Positions 55,305-64,000 of a stretch of DNA of 64,000 nucleotides are shown here, piece after piece (position 1 is the first letter of the stretch; the number at the start of each line of letters is the position of its first letter). Made by a program: the position numbers and the translations under genes. Under the pieces are notes generated by a model that did not search any database, was not told the DNA's origin, and saw only the letters and a list, made by a program, of their open reading frames with translations. The DNA comes from an uncultured virus (IMG/VR IMGVR_UViG_3300037508_001334) (taxonomy: Duplodnaviria > Heunggongvirae > Uroviricota > Caudoviricetes), in the IMG/VR virus record IMGVR_UViG_3300037508_001334; one strand, given 5' to 3'.

Positions 55305-55402
55305 ACACTTATTTTGTTCGTTATCTTAAACTTAAAGCAAAAAAAGAAAAGTTTCTTAAAATTGCACAACTGAATATGGCAAAGCAACCACAAGTTGCAT
55401 AA
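55301..55402 (+). CDS. 33-aa basic peptide
   Basis: Hand-translated MNTYFVRYLKLKAKKEKFLKIAQLNMAKQPQVA; GGAGG RBS, ATGA overlap. Confidence 0.65.
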   Translation: MNTYFVRYLKLKAKKEKFLKIAQLNMAKQPQVA

Positions 55403-55406
55403 TTTA

Positions 55407-55445
55407 AGAGAGGTGCTTGACACCTCTCTTTTTTTTATGTATAAT
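55407..55445 (+). promoter_or_regulatory. Terminator hairpin fused with a sigma70 promoter
   Basis: AGAGAGGTG/CACCTCTCT plus T tract; TTGACA 55417-22, 17 nt spacer, TATAAT 55440-45. Confidence 0.8.
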
Positions 55446-55468
55446 TACCTTTGTTGAGGTTAATAAAG

Positions 55469-55639
55469 ATGGATAAAGAAAAGCTTAAGCTTATTGTAAG
55501 AAATCTTGAGTCTTTAGTTGATTGTCTTAAGACAGAGATTTATTCTGATACTTCTTCATACAAATATGAAGAAATTGCCACACATTTAAATGATTACGAC
55601 GAAGTTTTTTATGAAGATGACGATGGATACGCAGATTGA
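55469..55639 (+). CDS. Conserved hypothetical protein
   Basis: MDKEKLKLIVRNLESLVD.LK.EIYSD. Confidence 0.7.
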   Translation: MDKEKLKLIVRNLESLVDCLKTEIYSDTSSYKYEEIATHLNDYDEVFYEDDDGYAD

Positions 55640-55652
55640 TGAATTTGAGTTT

Positions 55653-56342
55653 ATGAAACCAGAAGTTAAACTCATTAGTGTTACTCCAGATGCAGAAAAG
55701 CATATGGCATACTGTGCTCGGGTAAGTAATCCAGATAATCAACAGAATGAAAAGTTTTCTGGATTACTTAAGTATTGTATTCAGCATCAGCATTGGAGTA
55801 TCTTTGAACAGGCTTCAATGACTGTTGAGATTAATACTACAAGAGGTATTGCAGCACAAATTTTGAGACATCGTAGTTTTACTTTTCAAGAGTTTTCTCA
55901 ACGATATGCTGATACTGGACTTTTAAGTAAATCAATTCCTCTCCCCGAACTTCGTAGGCAAGATACTAAAAATCGTCAAAATAGTATTGATGATATTCCT
56001 GATTATTTGAAATTGGTTTTGCTTGAAGATATTCGTGTGCTTTTTGAACACTCTCAGAGCATCTACAATCGTCTTCTGGATAAGGGTGTGGCAAAAGAGT
56101 GTGCAAGGTTTGTACTGCCCTTAGCAACCCCCACAAGACTCTATATGACGGGTTCTGTGCGTTCTTGGATTCATTACATTGATCTTCGTTCAGCACACGG
56201 AACACAGAAGGAACATATGGAGATTGTAGAACTGATTCGTTGCATCTTTACCTGCCAATTTCCTGCAGTATCTGAGGCACTTGGTTGGACTCGTGAAGGA
56301 TGTGCTGAGTGTGTGGATGCCCCATCCATCACTATTGAATAA
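55653..56342 (+). CDS. thyX: FAD-dependent thymidylate synthase
   Basis: HWSIFEQ, QILRHRSFTFQEFSQRY ThyX motif, ARFVLP; start may be 55623. Confidence 0.95.
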   Translation: MKPEVKLISVTPDAEKHMAYCARVSNPDNQQNEKFSGLLKYCIQHQHWSIFEQASMTVEINTTRGIAAQILRHRSFTFQEFSQRYADTGLLSKSIPLPELRRQDTKNRQNSIDDIPDYLKLVLLEDIRVLFEHSQSIYNRLLDKGVAKECARFVLPLATPTRLYMTGSVRSWIHYIDLRSAHGTQKEHMEIVELIRCIFTCQFPAVSEALGWTREGCAECVDAPSITIE

Positions 56343-56371
56343 ATATTTTTGTATACTATGGAGAATTAAGA

Positions 56372-56620
56372 TTGGCAACATACCCTGTTTATAATAAAGT
56401 TACTGGTGAACAAAAAGAAGTGACAATGAGTATTCACGATTGGGATCAATGGAAAAGAGATAACTCTGATTGGGATAGGGATTGGTCAGACCCTTCAACC
56501 TGTCCCTCATCTGGTGAAGTTGGAGAGGTATATGATAAACTTAAAAAATCTCATCCTGGGTGGAACGATATTTTACACAAAGCATCAAAGGCTCCTGGAT
56601 CCAAAGTAAAACCAATCTAA
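56372..56620 (+). CDS. Conserved hypothetical protein (TTG start)
   Basis: GGAG RBS; PGWNDILHKASKAPGS. Confidence 0.7.
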   Translation: MATYPVYNKVTGEQKEVTMSIHDWDQWKRDNSDWDRDWSDPSTCPSSGEVGEVYDKLKKSHPGWNDILHKASKAPGSKVKPI

Positions 56621-56627
56621 AAAGTAA

Positions 56628-57383
56628 ATGGCAAGAAAAAGAAATCAACCCGCAACACCTGTTCCTTTTGGTATGAGTAATAAACAAATGAAACGGAAGA
56701 AACCAATTAATGTAGATTTGATGAGAGACATTGAAGCTCTCACTGACAATCAAGAAGAATTTTTTAGATCTTACCGATTGGATAAAAACATTGTTGCTTA
56801 TGGATGTGCAGGGACGGGTAAGACTTTTATTGCACTTTATAATGCACTTAAAGATGTTCTTGATGAAAAATCTCCATATGAAAAAATTTACATTGTCCGT
56901 TCACTCGTAGCCACAAGAGAAATTGGTTTCCTTCCTGGAGATCACGAAGATAAGTCTTCACTTTATCAAATTCCTTATAAGAATATGGTAAAGTATATGT
57001 TTGAAATGCCAACAGATGCAGACTTTGAAATGCTCTATGGTAATCTTAAAACTCAAGGAACGATTAGTTTTTGGAGCACATCGTTTATTCGTGGAACTAC
57101 TTTGGATAATTCAATCATTATTGTTGATGAATTCCAAAATCTTAATTTTCACGAATTAGATTCTATTATCACTCGTGTTGGTGAAAATTCTAAAATTATG
57201 TTCTGTGGTGATGCAACTCAGTCCGATTTAATCAGAACGAATGAAAAGAATGGGATTGTTGATTTTATGAAAGTTCTTCGTATAATGCCATCAATTGATA
57301 TTATTGAATTTGGAGTTGAAGATATTGTTCGTTCTGGATTAGTCAAAGAATATATTCTTGCAAAAATGGAAGTAGGTGTATGA
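56628..57383 (+). CDS. phoH: PhoH-family ATPase
   Basis: GCAGTGKT, REIGFLPG, FIRGTT, VDEFQN, GDATQSD. Confidence 0.95.
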   Translation: MARKRNQPATPVPFGMSNKQMKRKKPINVDLMRDIEALTDNQEEFFRSYRLDKNIVAYGCAGTGKTFIALYNALKDVLDEKSPYEKIYIVRSLVATREIGFLPGDHEDKSSLYQIPYKNMVKYMFEMPTDADFEMLYGNLKTQGTISFWSTSFIRGTTLDNSIIIVDEFQNLNFHELDSIITRVGENSKIMFCGDATQSDLIRTNEKNGIVDFMKVLRIMPSIDIIEFGVEDIVRSGLVKEYILAKMEVGV

Positions 57384-58060
57384 GTTTTATTCATCATAAT
57401 TTTTTAGGTGATCTTGAATTAGAAAAGAAAGAACAAAACGGCATCCGTCTGTATCATCTTCCTGATGGTCAGTGGGTGCCTTCTATCACTTCTGTAACGT
57501 CTTTCTACAATAGACAGATTTTTGTGAAGTGGAGAGAACGTGTTGGTCTTGAAGAAGCAAATCGTATTACTAAAAGAGCAACAGCACGAGGGACTGATTT
57601 TCACCAAGTTTGTCAGGACTATCTTGAAAACAAAGAACTGAACTGGAATGATTATCAACCCCTGACAAAGTTTATGTTTTATCACCTCAAACCAGAACTT
57701 GATAAGATAAATAATATACACGCAATTGAAAGAACTTTATATTCACAGTACTACGGGCTTGCAGGACGAGTTGATTGTATTGCTGAATATGAAGGAGAAC
57801 TTGCGGTCATTGACTTTAAAACTTCAGACAAAATTAAACCAGAAGAGTGGATTGAAAACTATTTCGTTCAAGAAATGTTTTATGCAGCAGCTTATTATGA
57901 ACTGACGGAAAAACCAATTAAAAAACTGATTACTTTGATGGTCACTCCTGGTGGTGAAGTTAAAGTATTTGACAAAAGAAACAAAGGGGATTATATTAAG
58001 TTACTAGTCCGATATATCAAAGAATTTGTACATCACAATACTGGATCAGATGGAGAATGA
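57380..58060 (+). CDS. PD-(D/E)XK exonuclease
   Basis: PSITSV, RGTDFH, AGRVDCI, IDFKTS. Confidence 0.85.
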   Translation: MSFIHHNFLGDLELEKKEQNGIRLYHLPDGQWVPSITSVTSFYNRQIFVKWRERVGLEEANRITKRATARGTDFHQVCQDYLENKELNWNDYQPLTKFMFYHLKPELDKINNIHAIERTLYSQYYGLAGRVDCIAEYEGELAVIDFKTSDKIKPEEWIENYFVQEMFYAAAYYELTEKPIKKLITLMVTPGGEVKVFDKRNKGDYIKLLVRYIKEFVHHNTGSDGE

Positions 58061-58307
58061 ATTAGAAAAAGCATTAGAAAGTAAGTTCTTTTGTCCATCA
58101 AAATTTGCTCAAGAAATTGAATCTCTGGTTCATACCAATGAGGATATGAATTATATTGATGCAATTATTCACTTCTGTGAAAAGAATAGCATTGATGTAG
58201 AATCTGTTCCTAAATTGATCTCTAAGCCATTGAAAGAGAAAATCAAGTATGAAGCAATGGAACTTAACTTTCTTAAAAAAACTTCCCGTGCTAGATTAGT
58301 TTTTTGA
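58050..58307 (+). CDS. gp33: Late transcription co-activator
   Basis: YIDAIIHFCE..IDVE...LKEKIKYEAMELNFL. Confidence 0.9.
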   Translation: MENELEKALESKFFCPSKFAQEIESLVHTNEDMNYIDAIIHFCEKNSIDVESVPKLISKPLKEKIKYEAMELNFLKKTSRARLVF

Positions 58308-58904
58308 ATGATGCCTTTTGATGTATATCGTGAATATCTTGCGTTAAAAAATCACTTTACAAAAGATAGTTATGACTACTTTAAGTATTGTGGTAAAAGT
58401 CGTGCAACGGTTCAATCTTTTTACAAACGCAAAGATCGTTTTTGGTTTGAAAAAGTAGCACGTCAAAAAACAGATCAAGAAGTTGTAGAGTTCTTTGTAT
58501 CAAACTTTATTACCTGCACTGATCCAAGTAAACTTTGGATTGGTGAAATGATCCGAGAAGGTGATAGAAGATATGAAGACTGGAAAAAGAAAAATCAATC
58601 ACTTTCCTATGTCTTTAAACAAGAAACGCAAAGTTTCTTTGAAGATAAAAAAGTAGATGAAGTCTTTAAGTGTTCTAAAGGTCATCCACCAGTTCTTAAA
58701 AATTTCCTGAACGGGAACATTAGTCTTGAAACACTAGTCATTTATGATAGAATATTCCTGTTCGGGAAAAACTTTGATAAGAAACTTAAAGATCCTGTGT
58801 GGGAATCTGTAAGTATGAAGATGAAAAAGTATTCTCCTTTCCTACATATTGATGTGCAACGTTATAAACATATTTTAAAAGAAATTATTTTGGGGGATAA
58901 ATGA
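58308..58904 (+). CDS. gp59: Helicase loader
   Basis: YLALKNHFT..YDYFKY.GK, ISLETL. Confidence 0.9.
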   Translation: MMPFDVYREYLALKNHFTKDSYDYFKYCGKSRATVQSFYKRKDRFWFEKVARQKTDQEVVEFFVSNFITCTDPSKLWIGEMIREGDRRYEDWKKKNQSLSYVFKQETQSFFEDKKVDEVFKCSKGHPPVLKNFLNGNISLETLVIYDRIFLFGKNFDKKLKDPVWESVSMKMKKYSPFLHIDVQRYKHILKEIILGDK

Positions 58905-59245
58905 GTTTCTTTAAATCTGAAGTCGTCCGTGCTGAGATGGCAGAAATTAGTGAGTTGCAGGAAGACGTTTATCGTAATGTCTTTAAGTTCTCTACAATGT
59001 CAAAAGAAGAAAAACTTAATCACGTCAAAGTTCTTGAAAAACTTCTTGAAAAACAGAAAGTTCTTTATACTAGATTAAGTTTATCTGATGATCCTGAAGC
59101 AGTTGAAATGAAAGAACGCATTACGCAATCTGCAACAATGATGGGACTCCCCCAAAATGTTGATATGAATATCATTTTGAATAATATGTCCAAAATGCTT
59201 GAAGTGATGAAACAGCAAATTGACAAAACAGGTTCCGACCTGTAG
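58901..59245 (+). CDS. DUF1825-like protein
   Basis: MSFFKSEVVR...RLSLSDDPEA. Confidence 0.75.
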   Translation: MSFFKSEVVRAEMAEISELQEDVYRNVFKFSTMSKEEKLNHVKVLEKLLEKQKVLYTRLSLSDDPEAVEMKERITQSATMMGLPQNVDMNIILNNMSKMLEVMKQQIDKTGSDL

Positions 59246-59294
59246 AATAACGAAGTACACAAAAGCCAAATCTGTACAAATACGAGGTAATCTA

Positions 59295-60230
59295 ATGTCT
59301 TTTAAAGATCTTAAGAAACAATCTTCTCTGGGTTCTCTTACACAGAAACTAGTAAAAGAAGTAGAGAAGATGAGTACAACTTCTGGAGGCACTGATGAAC
59401 GTCTCTGGAAACCTGAAGTGGATAAAACTGGTAACGGTTTTGCCGTGATCCGTTTTCTCCCTGCACCCGAAGGTGAAGAACTTCCCTGGGCAAAAATGTA
59501 TTCTCACGCCTTCCAAGGTCCTGGTGGTTGGTACATTGAGAATAGTCTGACTACAATCGGTCAGAAAGATCCCCTTGGAGAACACAATCGTGAACTTTGG
59601 AACAGTGGAACTGAAGCAAACAAAGAAACTGTTCGTAAGCAAAAGCGTAAACTGTCTTACTATAGCAACATCTATGTTGTAAAGGACCCCACTAATCCTA
59701 CTAATGAAGGTAAAGTCTTCCTGTTTAAGTATGGTAAGAAAATCTTTGATAAGATTATGGAAGCAATGCAACCTGAGTTTGAGGATGAAACTCCTATTAA
59801 TCCTTTTGATTTCTGGCAGGGTGCAAACTTCAAACTGAAGATTGTGAAGAAGGATGGTTATTGGAACTACGACAAGTCTGAGTTTGGTTCTGTGGAACCT
59901 CTGCTGGACGATGATGATGCTCTGGAAGCAATCTGGAAGAAAGAGTATTCTCTTGCTGCTGTGACTGCTCCCGATCAATTCAAGTCTTATGAAGAACTTG
60001 AGAAACGTCTGAATTATGTTCTTGGACAGAAAGGTTCTTCTCGTTCTTCTGTTGAAGAAGAAACTGAGTATGATGATTATTCGGAGAACAATGTTGAGAG
60101 TGCTGTTGTAAAGGAACTTGAAGAGTCCTATGCTCGTTCTAAGTCCCCTTCACTTCCCGTTGTCACCAAAGAGGTGGATGACGATGAAGATGATGCTCTT
60201 GCATATTTCTCTCGTCTTGCTGACGAATGA
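59295..60230 (+). CDS. gp32: Single-stranded DNA-binding protein
   Basis: GNGFAVIRFLP, GANFKLK, NYDKSEF, acidic tail. Confidence 0.96.
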   Translation: MSFKDLKKQSSLGSLTQKLVKEVEKMSTTSGGTDERLWKPEVDKTGNGFAVIRFLPAPEGEELPWAKMYSHAFQGPGGWYIENSLTTIGQKDPLGEHNRELWNSGTEANKETVRKQKRKLSYYSNIYVVKDPTNPTNEGKVFLFKYGKKIFDKIMEAMQPEFEDETPINPFDFWQGANFKLKIVKKDGYWNYDKSEFGSVEPLLDDDDALEAIWKKEYSLAAVTAPDQFKSYEELEKRLNYVLGQKGSSRSSVEEETEYDDYSENNVESAVVKELEESYARSKSPSLPVVTKEVDDDEDDALAYFSRLADE

Positions 60231-60899
60231 TTAAGAGTAAAGTTTAATATTATCTCCTCTCTTAAGGTCCTCACTAACATACTGTGAGGACCCTTTTTTA
60301 TACGACATAATTTCTTCTATATCGTTCAAAACGACATTTAAGTATTGGGATTTTAAAGTGTAAATATTTCTTTTATCATTTTCTAGTTTTTCTTCATATT
60401 CATAATTTGTGACTGGAACTGCTATATTTCCACTATCAACTTGTTGATCAATAAAGTAATCATAAAAACTTACAGAGTATGGTGATGAAACTTGAAGTCC
60501 TCGAGGAACAACGATTACATCCTGACTATTTTTAATTTCTGTTGTTTCGTAATGATGAATCCCTCCGTATAAAGTTTCATAATCTCCGTATTTGGATAAC
60601 ATCAAATCATCAAATTGTTGTTGGGGTAATGGCCATTCTGTTTGAATATTCACAATATTGTTGCATAAAAGAATCACCCAGTCTAAACTGGAATCTTGAT
60701 AAACTTCATAAGCAACATTATCTGGACGATCATTGCCTTTTATTTGATACTTAGTGAAGAATGCTAAGTTTTGAAAAATGTCTTCTCTTAATTTTCCTTT
60801 CTTGAATAGATTTTTAAGAGGAGCATAATCTCCAATTTTAGCATCTGGAAGTCTGCTAACGTATTCAAAGTTTGGAACTTGGCGGAAGTAACTTGGCAT
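60231..60899 (-). CDS. gp53: Baseplate wedge protein
   Basis: YF...RPDNVAYEVY...DWVILLCNNI...EWP, IHHYET. Confidence 0.88.
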   Translation of the reverse strand: MPSYFRQVPNFEYVSRLPDAKIGDYAPLKNLFKKGKLREDIFQNLAFFTKYQIKGNDRPDNVAYEVYQDSSLDWVILLCNNIVNIQTEWPLPQQQFDDLMLSKYGDYETLYGGIHHYETTEIKNSQDVIVVPRGLQVSSPYSVSFYDYFIDQQVDSGNIAVPVTNYEYEEKLENDKRNIYTLKSQYLNVVLNDIEEIMSYKKGSSQYVSEDLKRGDNIKLYS

Positions 60900-60900
60900 T

Positions 60901-62265
60901 TTAGTAACCTATGTAATCGTCTTTATCTCTATCAATTTCTGTATAATCATCATCATAAATTGGTTCAAGTTCTTGGAAAGTCAAATCAACTTGATATGAA
61001 ACCATTGCTCCATCTTCAAAAGACATATATGTTGCTTCTGGAGTGTAATTTACATTACAACTTGTTAATGCACACTCTTTAAATTTATTTAAGTATGGGT
61101 GATTTTCGTTCTTAAAAATATAAGAAATTGCAAAAGTGTGTGGTGTTTGTAATAAAAATGAAGAAGCAGATCTTTTTACTGACATTGCTTGTTTAAATGT
61201 TCTAATAATTTTTCTAACTATTTCTGCTTCAGATTTTGAACGTGGTGATAATTTAAAACTAAAAGAAAACTGACGAAGATCTGGAGAATTAAAAAGCAAT
61301 TCTAAGTTTGGATTGATTATTGCACCAAATTCTCTTTGCATAAGACCACCAGAATTAATAGCACCTTCTATTGTTTTGGTGATTATTGCTTTTCTTAAAT
61401 CGGAAATATTAGCCCTATTAAATTGCTCCTCTGCTTTTTTTGTAACATCTCCTCCTTGAAGAGCTGTTTGAACTAATTTTCCTGCTGCACCTTGGGGATC
61501 ATATAAAGGTTCTGACCCAGACCATACAACTCTATTTGAATCTTGAATCCCACCTGGTATTGGAAGAACTATTGTACCTAATATTGTTCTTTTTTTATCT
61601 GCAGATTTTGGTATTCCTCCTTCAACAACTACTCTTCTTAAATTTCTATCTCCTTCTCCAAATCCTTTAAGACCTGTTTGTTTATATTTTACGATTGAAA
61701 ATTTAATACAATCTTGATAATTTAATTTTAAACCTTCTGGATAAACAATAGGTGTGTTACCATAGTCTTCTCTAGACGCAATTTTATCTTTACCACTTTT
61801 TATGTAATTTGCTTCATTTTCTGTTAGAGCACCTTGTTGGTCTCCTGCTCCTGATTTTGCTTTTGGTGTTGTTGTTGCTGCACTATTTGGAAATATTAGT
61901 TGTTGCGCATTTTTTTCTCCACCATTTTGTGCTGTAATAACTCCATAATTTTTTACTGATTTTTGTCCTACTGCGCTTGAAAAATATTTGTTTTCTGCTG
62001 CATTGTTTTGTGAATTAGGATTTGGTTGAAAAACACCATCTTTTGGAATCGTACCAACAGTTCTATCTTGACCGACAGTTCCCAATACGAGCACTGATGA
62101 AGAAACACCGTTGTATTCTTTAATTGTAATTTCTCCCGATTGAGAATCTACCAAAGTATAGTATTTTTTTGTACTATCAATATTGGTTGGAGTGTCAACT
62201 CCATTTAATTTATAAGTTTCTGGAACTCGAAATAGATTTCTGTCCCTGCTACCATAAGTTGCCAT
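60901..62265 (-). CDS. gp48: Baseplate tail-tube cap
   Basis: IVLPIP, NPNLELLFNSPDLRQFSFSF, LTFQELEP. Confidence 0.85.
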   Translation of the reverse strand: MATYGSRDRNLFRVPETYKLNGVDTPTNIDSTKKYYTLVDSQSGEITIKEYNGVSSSVLVLGTVGQDRTVGTIPKDGVFQPNPNSQNNAAENKYFSSAVGQKSVKNYGVITAQNGGEKNAQQLIFPNSAATTTPKAKSGAGDQQGALTENEANYIKSGKDKIASREDYGNTPIVYPEGLKLNYQDCIKFSIVKYKQTGLKGFGEGDRNLRRVVVEGGIPKSADKKRTILGTIVLPIPGGIQDSNRVVWSGSEPLYDPQGAAGKLVQTALQGGDVTKKAEEQFNRANISDLRKAIITKTIEGAINSGGLMQREFGAIINPNLELLFNSPDLRQFSFSFKLSPRSKSEAEIVRKIIRTFKQAMSVKRSASSFLLQTPHTFAISYIFKNENHPYLNKFKECALTSCNVNYTPEATYMSFEDGAMVSYQVDLTFQELEPIYDDDYTEIDRDKDDYIGY

Positions 62266-62340
62266 CAAACTCCCTCCCCGTTTACAAGAGGATTAATGAT
62301 CTCAATTTTTTGTAGAGTATGAGACATTTATAAGGAGTTT

Positions 62341-62730
62341 TTATTTATTTAGAAGGAATTTTGCATAAGGTATAGAAAGAAGTTCATCAAGTTCTTCATA
62401 CTTAATGACGTGAAGTTGTCCTGCTATTTCTTCCCAAGTATAATTTCTTGATTCTCTCCAGTGAAAATTAATTGCTTTAAATCCCCACCGTTGAACTTCT
62501 GTACAAGCAATTAACGGGTGCTGATCATATTCAATATTTGGAGTCTTAGGATTATAAACGAACGTATAAAACTTTCCTGGTTCTGGTATCCAAGTTTTTT
62601 CTTTAAAGATATCCATAATCAAAACCATAATGTCTTCTGGATCTTTTACACTCATCCTTCCAACTTCTTGTTTGAGTTTTCTAACTCTTGCCGTTGATCC
62701 TGCAATATATTGACCGAAACCTTCTGCCAT
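62341..62730 (-). CDS. gp2: DNA end protector-like protein
   Basis: PGKFYTFVYNPKT..YDQHPL..GFKAINFHW; synteny with gp4. Confidence 0.65.
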   Translation of the reverse strand: MAEGFGQYIAGSTARVRKLKQEVGRMSVKDPEDIMVLIMDIFKEKTWIPEPGKFYTFVYNPKTPNIEYDQHPLIACTEVQRWGFKAINFHWRESRNYTWEEIAGQLHVIKYEELDELLSIPYAKFLLNK

Positions 62731-63173
62731 TACTTGATACCCAAATCTTCTTCTGTGATTACTTTAAACTCCAATAATCTGTCCTTACAAAACTCTTCTG
62801 CAGCTTTCCACTTTGCTTGATTCACTGCATAAGTCGTACATTCATAAAGATATGATTTAGTGACTCTACTCTTTTTTTGTGGAGGAACAGTTTGTTTTTT
62901 GGGTTTTACTTCAATTACATAAGTTTTAACTTTTCCAGATTGTTCTTTTACTTTAATAATAAAATCTGGAAAGTATCTGTGAACTCTATTATCTACTGGA
63001 GAACGATATGGAATGTAAAATTCTTCACTGCCCCATTCTAAAATATTTTCATTTAAATCACACCAACTACAGAAACGTCTTTCCCAACTACTTCTACAAA
63101 TAATATTATTTGGGTCACCTTTGTATTTTTGTGGATAAGATGGTTTGTATTTACTCTTAATACTTTCTGCCAT
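62730..63173 (-). CDS. gp4: Head completion protein (TnsA-like nuclease fold)
   Basis: KYKGDP..RSSWER, WGSEE, RYFPDF, IEVKP, NQAKW; minus-strand TATAAATA at 63208-15. Confidence 0.92.
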   Translation of the reverse strand: MAESIKSKYKPSYPQKYKGDPNNIICRSSWERRFCSWCDLNENILEWGSEEFYIPYRSPVDNRVHRYFPDFIIKVKEQSGKVKTYVIEVKPKKQTVPPQKKSRVTKSYLYECTTYAVNQAKWKAAEEFCKDRLLEFKVITEEDLGIK

Positions 63174-63216
63174 TTTCCTTAATACATAATATATACCAGT
63201 TAAAAAGTATTTATAG

Positions 63217-64000
63217 ATGGCATCTCCGTCTCCATCAAAGAAAAGTGTATTTGATATAAAATCAAAAATATTAAGACCTGCACTAACTTCTCATTTTCAA
63301 TGTTGGTTTAATCCTCCAGTTGATGTTCAAAATTGGTTGAAGCAAAGACAAGAAGCTGGTATTGGAGTTGCTTATGATAATAATTATGCAGAGATTTATT
63401 CTTTGCTTTGTTGTGAAACTTCTTTGCCCGGTTCTTCTTTAGCAACTTTGGATATTAATAATGATTTTACTGGTGTAACTGAGAAGCACGCATATCGTAG
63501 GATTTATGATGACCGAGTTGATTTTACTTTTTATGTTGATCACGATTATAATATAATTAAATTCTTTGAAAATTGGATTGGGTATATTGTAAATGAGCAA
63601 TATACTGATGAAAATGGAGTAAAAAATAATGCAATAGAACTACCAAATTATTCTTATAAGGTGAGATATCCAAATGGTACTGGAAGAGCTAGAAGATCCA
63701 ATCAATCTGGAAGTGGATACAGAACAGAAGTTTATTTGAATAAATTTGAAAGAGATTATAATGGAAGATATATTCGTTATAGATTTTTTCAGGCATATCC
63801 AATTAATATACAATCAATGCCCGTATCTTATGATTCCTCTTCTTTGTTAAAATGTACAGTTTCTTTTACTTATACTAGATATCTTGTCAGTGGAGAATTT
63901 AATACAGAGTCGCAGGAAAATCTATTTAATAACATAACTCCGGAACAAGCCGCAGCAATTAATGCAGCTTCTTATAATCCAAATCTTAATCTTGGAATAG
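63217..64000 (+). CDS. Tail-tube-like baseplate protein (gp54-like), 3'-truncated
   Basis: Hand-translated MASPSPSKKS...LLCCETSLPGSS...FTFYVD...FFENW...AYPINIQSMPVSY; frame open to the window end. Confidence 0.7.
   Translation, partial: MASPSPSKKSVFDIKSKILRPALTSHFQCWFNPPVDVQNWLKQRQEAGIGVAYDNNYAEIYSLLCCETSLPGSSLATLDINNDFTGVTEKHAYRRIYDDRVDFTFYVDHDYNIIKFFENWIGYIVNEQYTDENGVKNNAIELPNYSYKVRYPNGTGRARRSNQSGSGYRTEVYLNKFERDYNGRYIRYRFFQAYPINIQSMPVSYDSSSLLKCTVSFTYTRYLVSGEFNTESQENLFNNITPEQAAAINAASYNPNLNLGI

Noticed and set aside
59349..59978. 209-aa minus-strand ORF and similar shadow ORFs (for example 1706..2347, 20436..20843)
   Set aside because: They lie fully within conserved genes, have no recognisable motifs, and are explained by codon bias.
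1..64000. CRISPR array, rRNA, transposase or integrase
   Set aside because: No regularly spaced repeats or matching protein motifs were seen by eye; a dedicated repeat search was not possible.
1..64000. Stop-codon reassignment
   Set aside because: Core genes are full length under the standard code, all three stops are used as terminators, and no suppressor tRNA was found.

Overview
This is a 64 kb piece of an AT-rich T4-like cyanophage (myovirus) genome, probably freshwater type. The core replication and nucleotide genes are gp45, gp44, gp62, regA, gp43, uvsX, gp41, mazG, gp61, nrdA/B, thyX, gp33, gp59 and gp32. The start of a baseplate/head-completion block (gp53, gp48, gp2, gp4, gp54-like) lies at the right end. 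Accessory content includes 10 tRNAs, Dps, a 12-gene glycosylation island, an SLH-domain cyanobacterial porin, two hli genes, psbA, speD, phoH, an RTX-tailed subtilase and three free-standing endonucleases. Structured RNAs resemble the manA, wcaG, PhotoRC-II and glnA glutamine riboswitch motifs. Three signals stand out. (1) A textbook -1 ribosomal frameshift cassette (A_AAA_AAG, in-frame stop, 12-bp hairpin) would fuse a C39-like peptidase to a lysozyme. (2) A tandem glutamine riboswitch has a first aptamer whose P2 loop holds a complete 69-codon ORF, with start and stop codons base-paired, downstream of an NtcA box. (3) A putative late-promoter antisense sRNA is complementary to the leader of a GIY-YIG nuclease. 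All calls come from reading the sequence by eye and no database searches were run.
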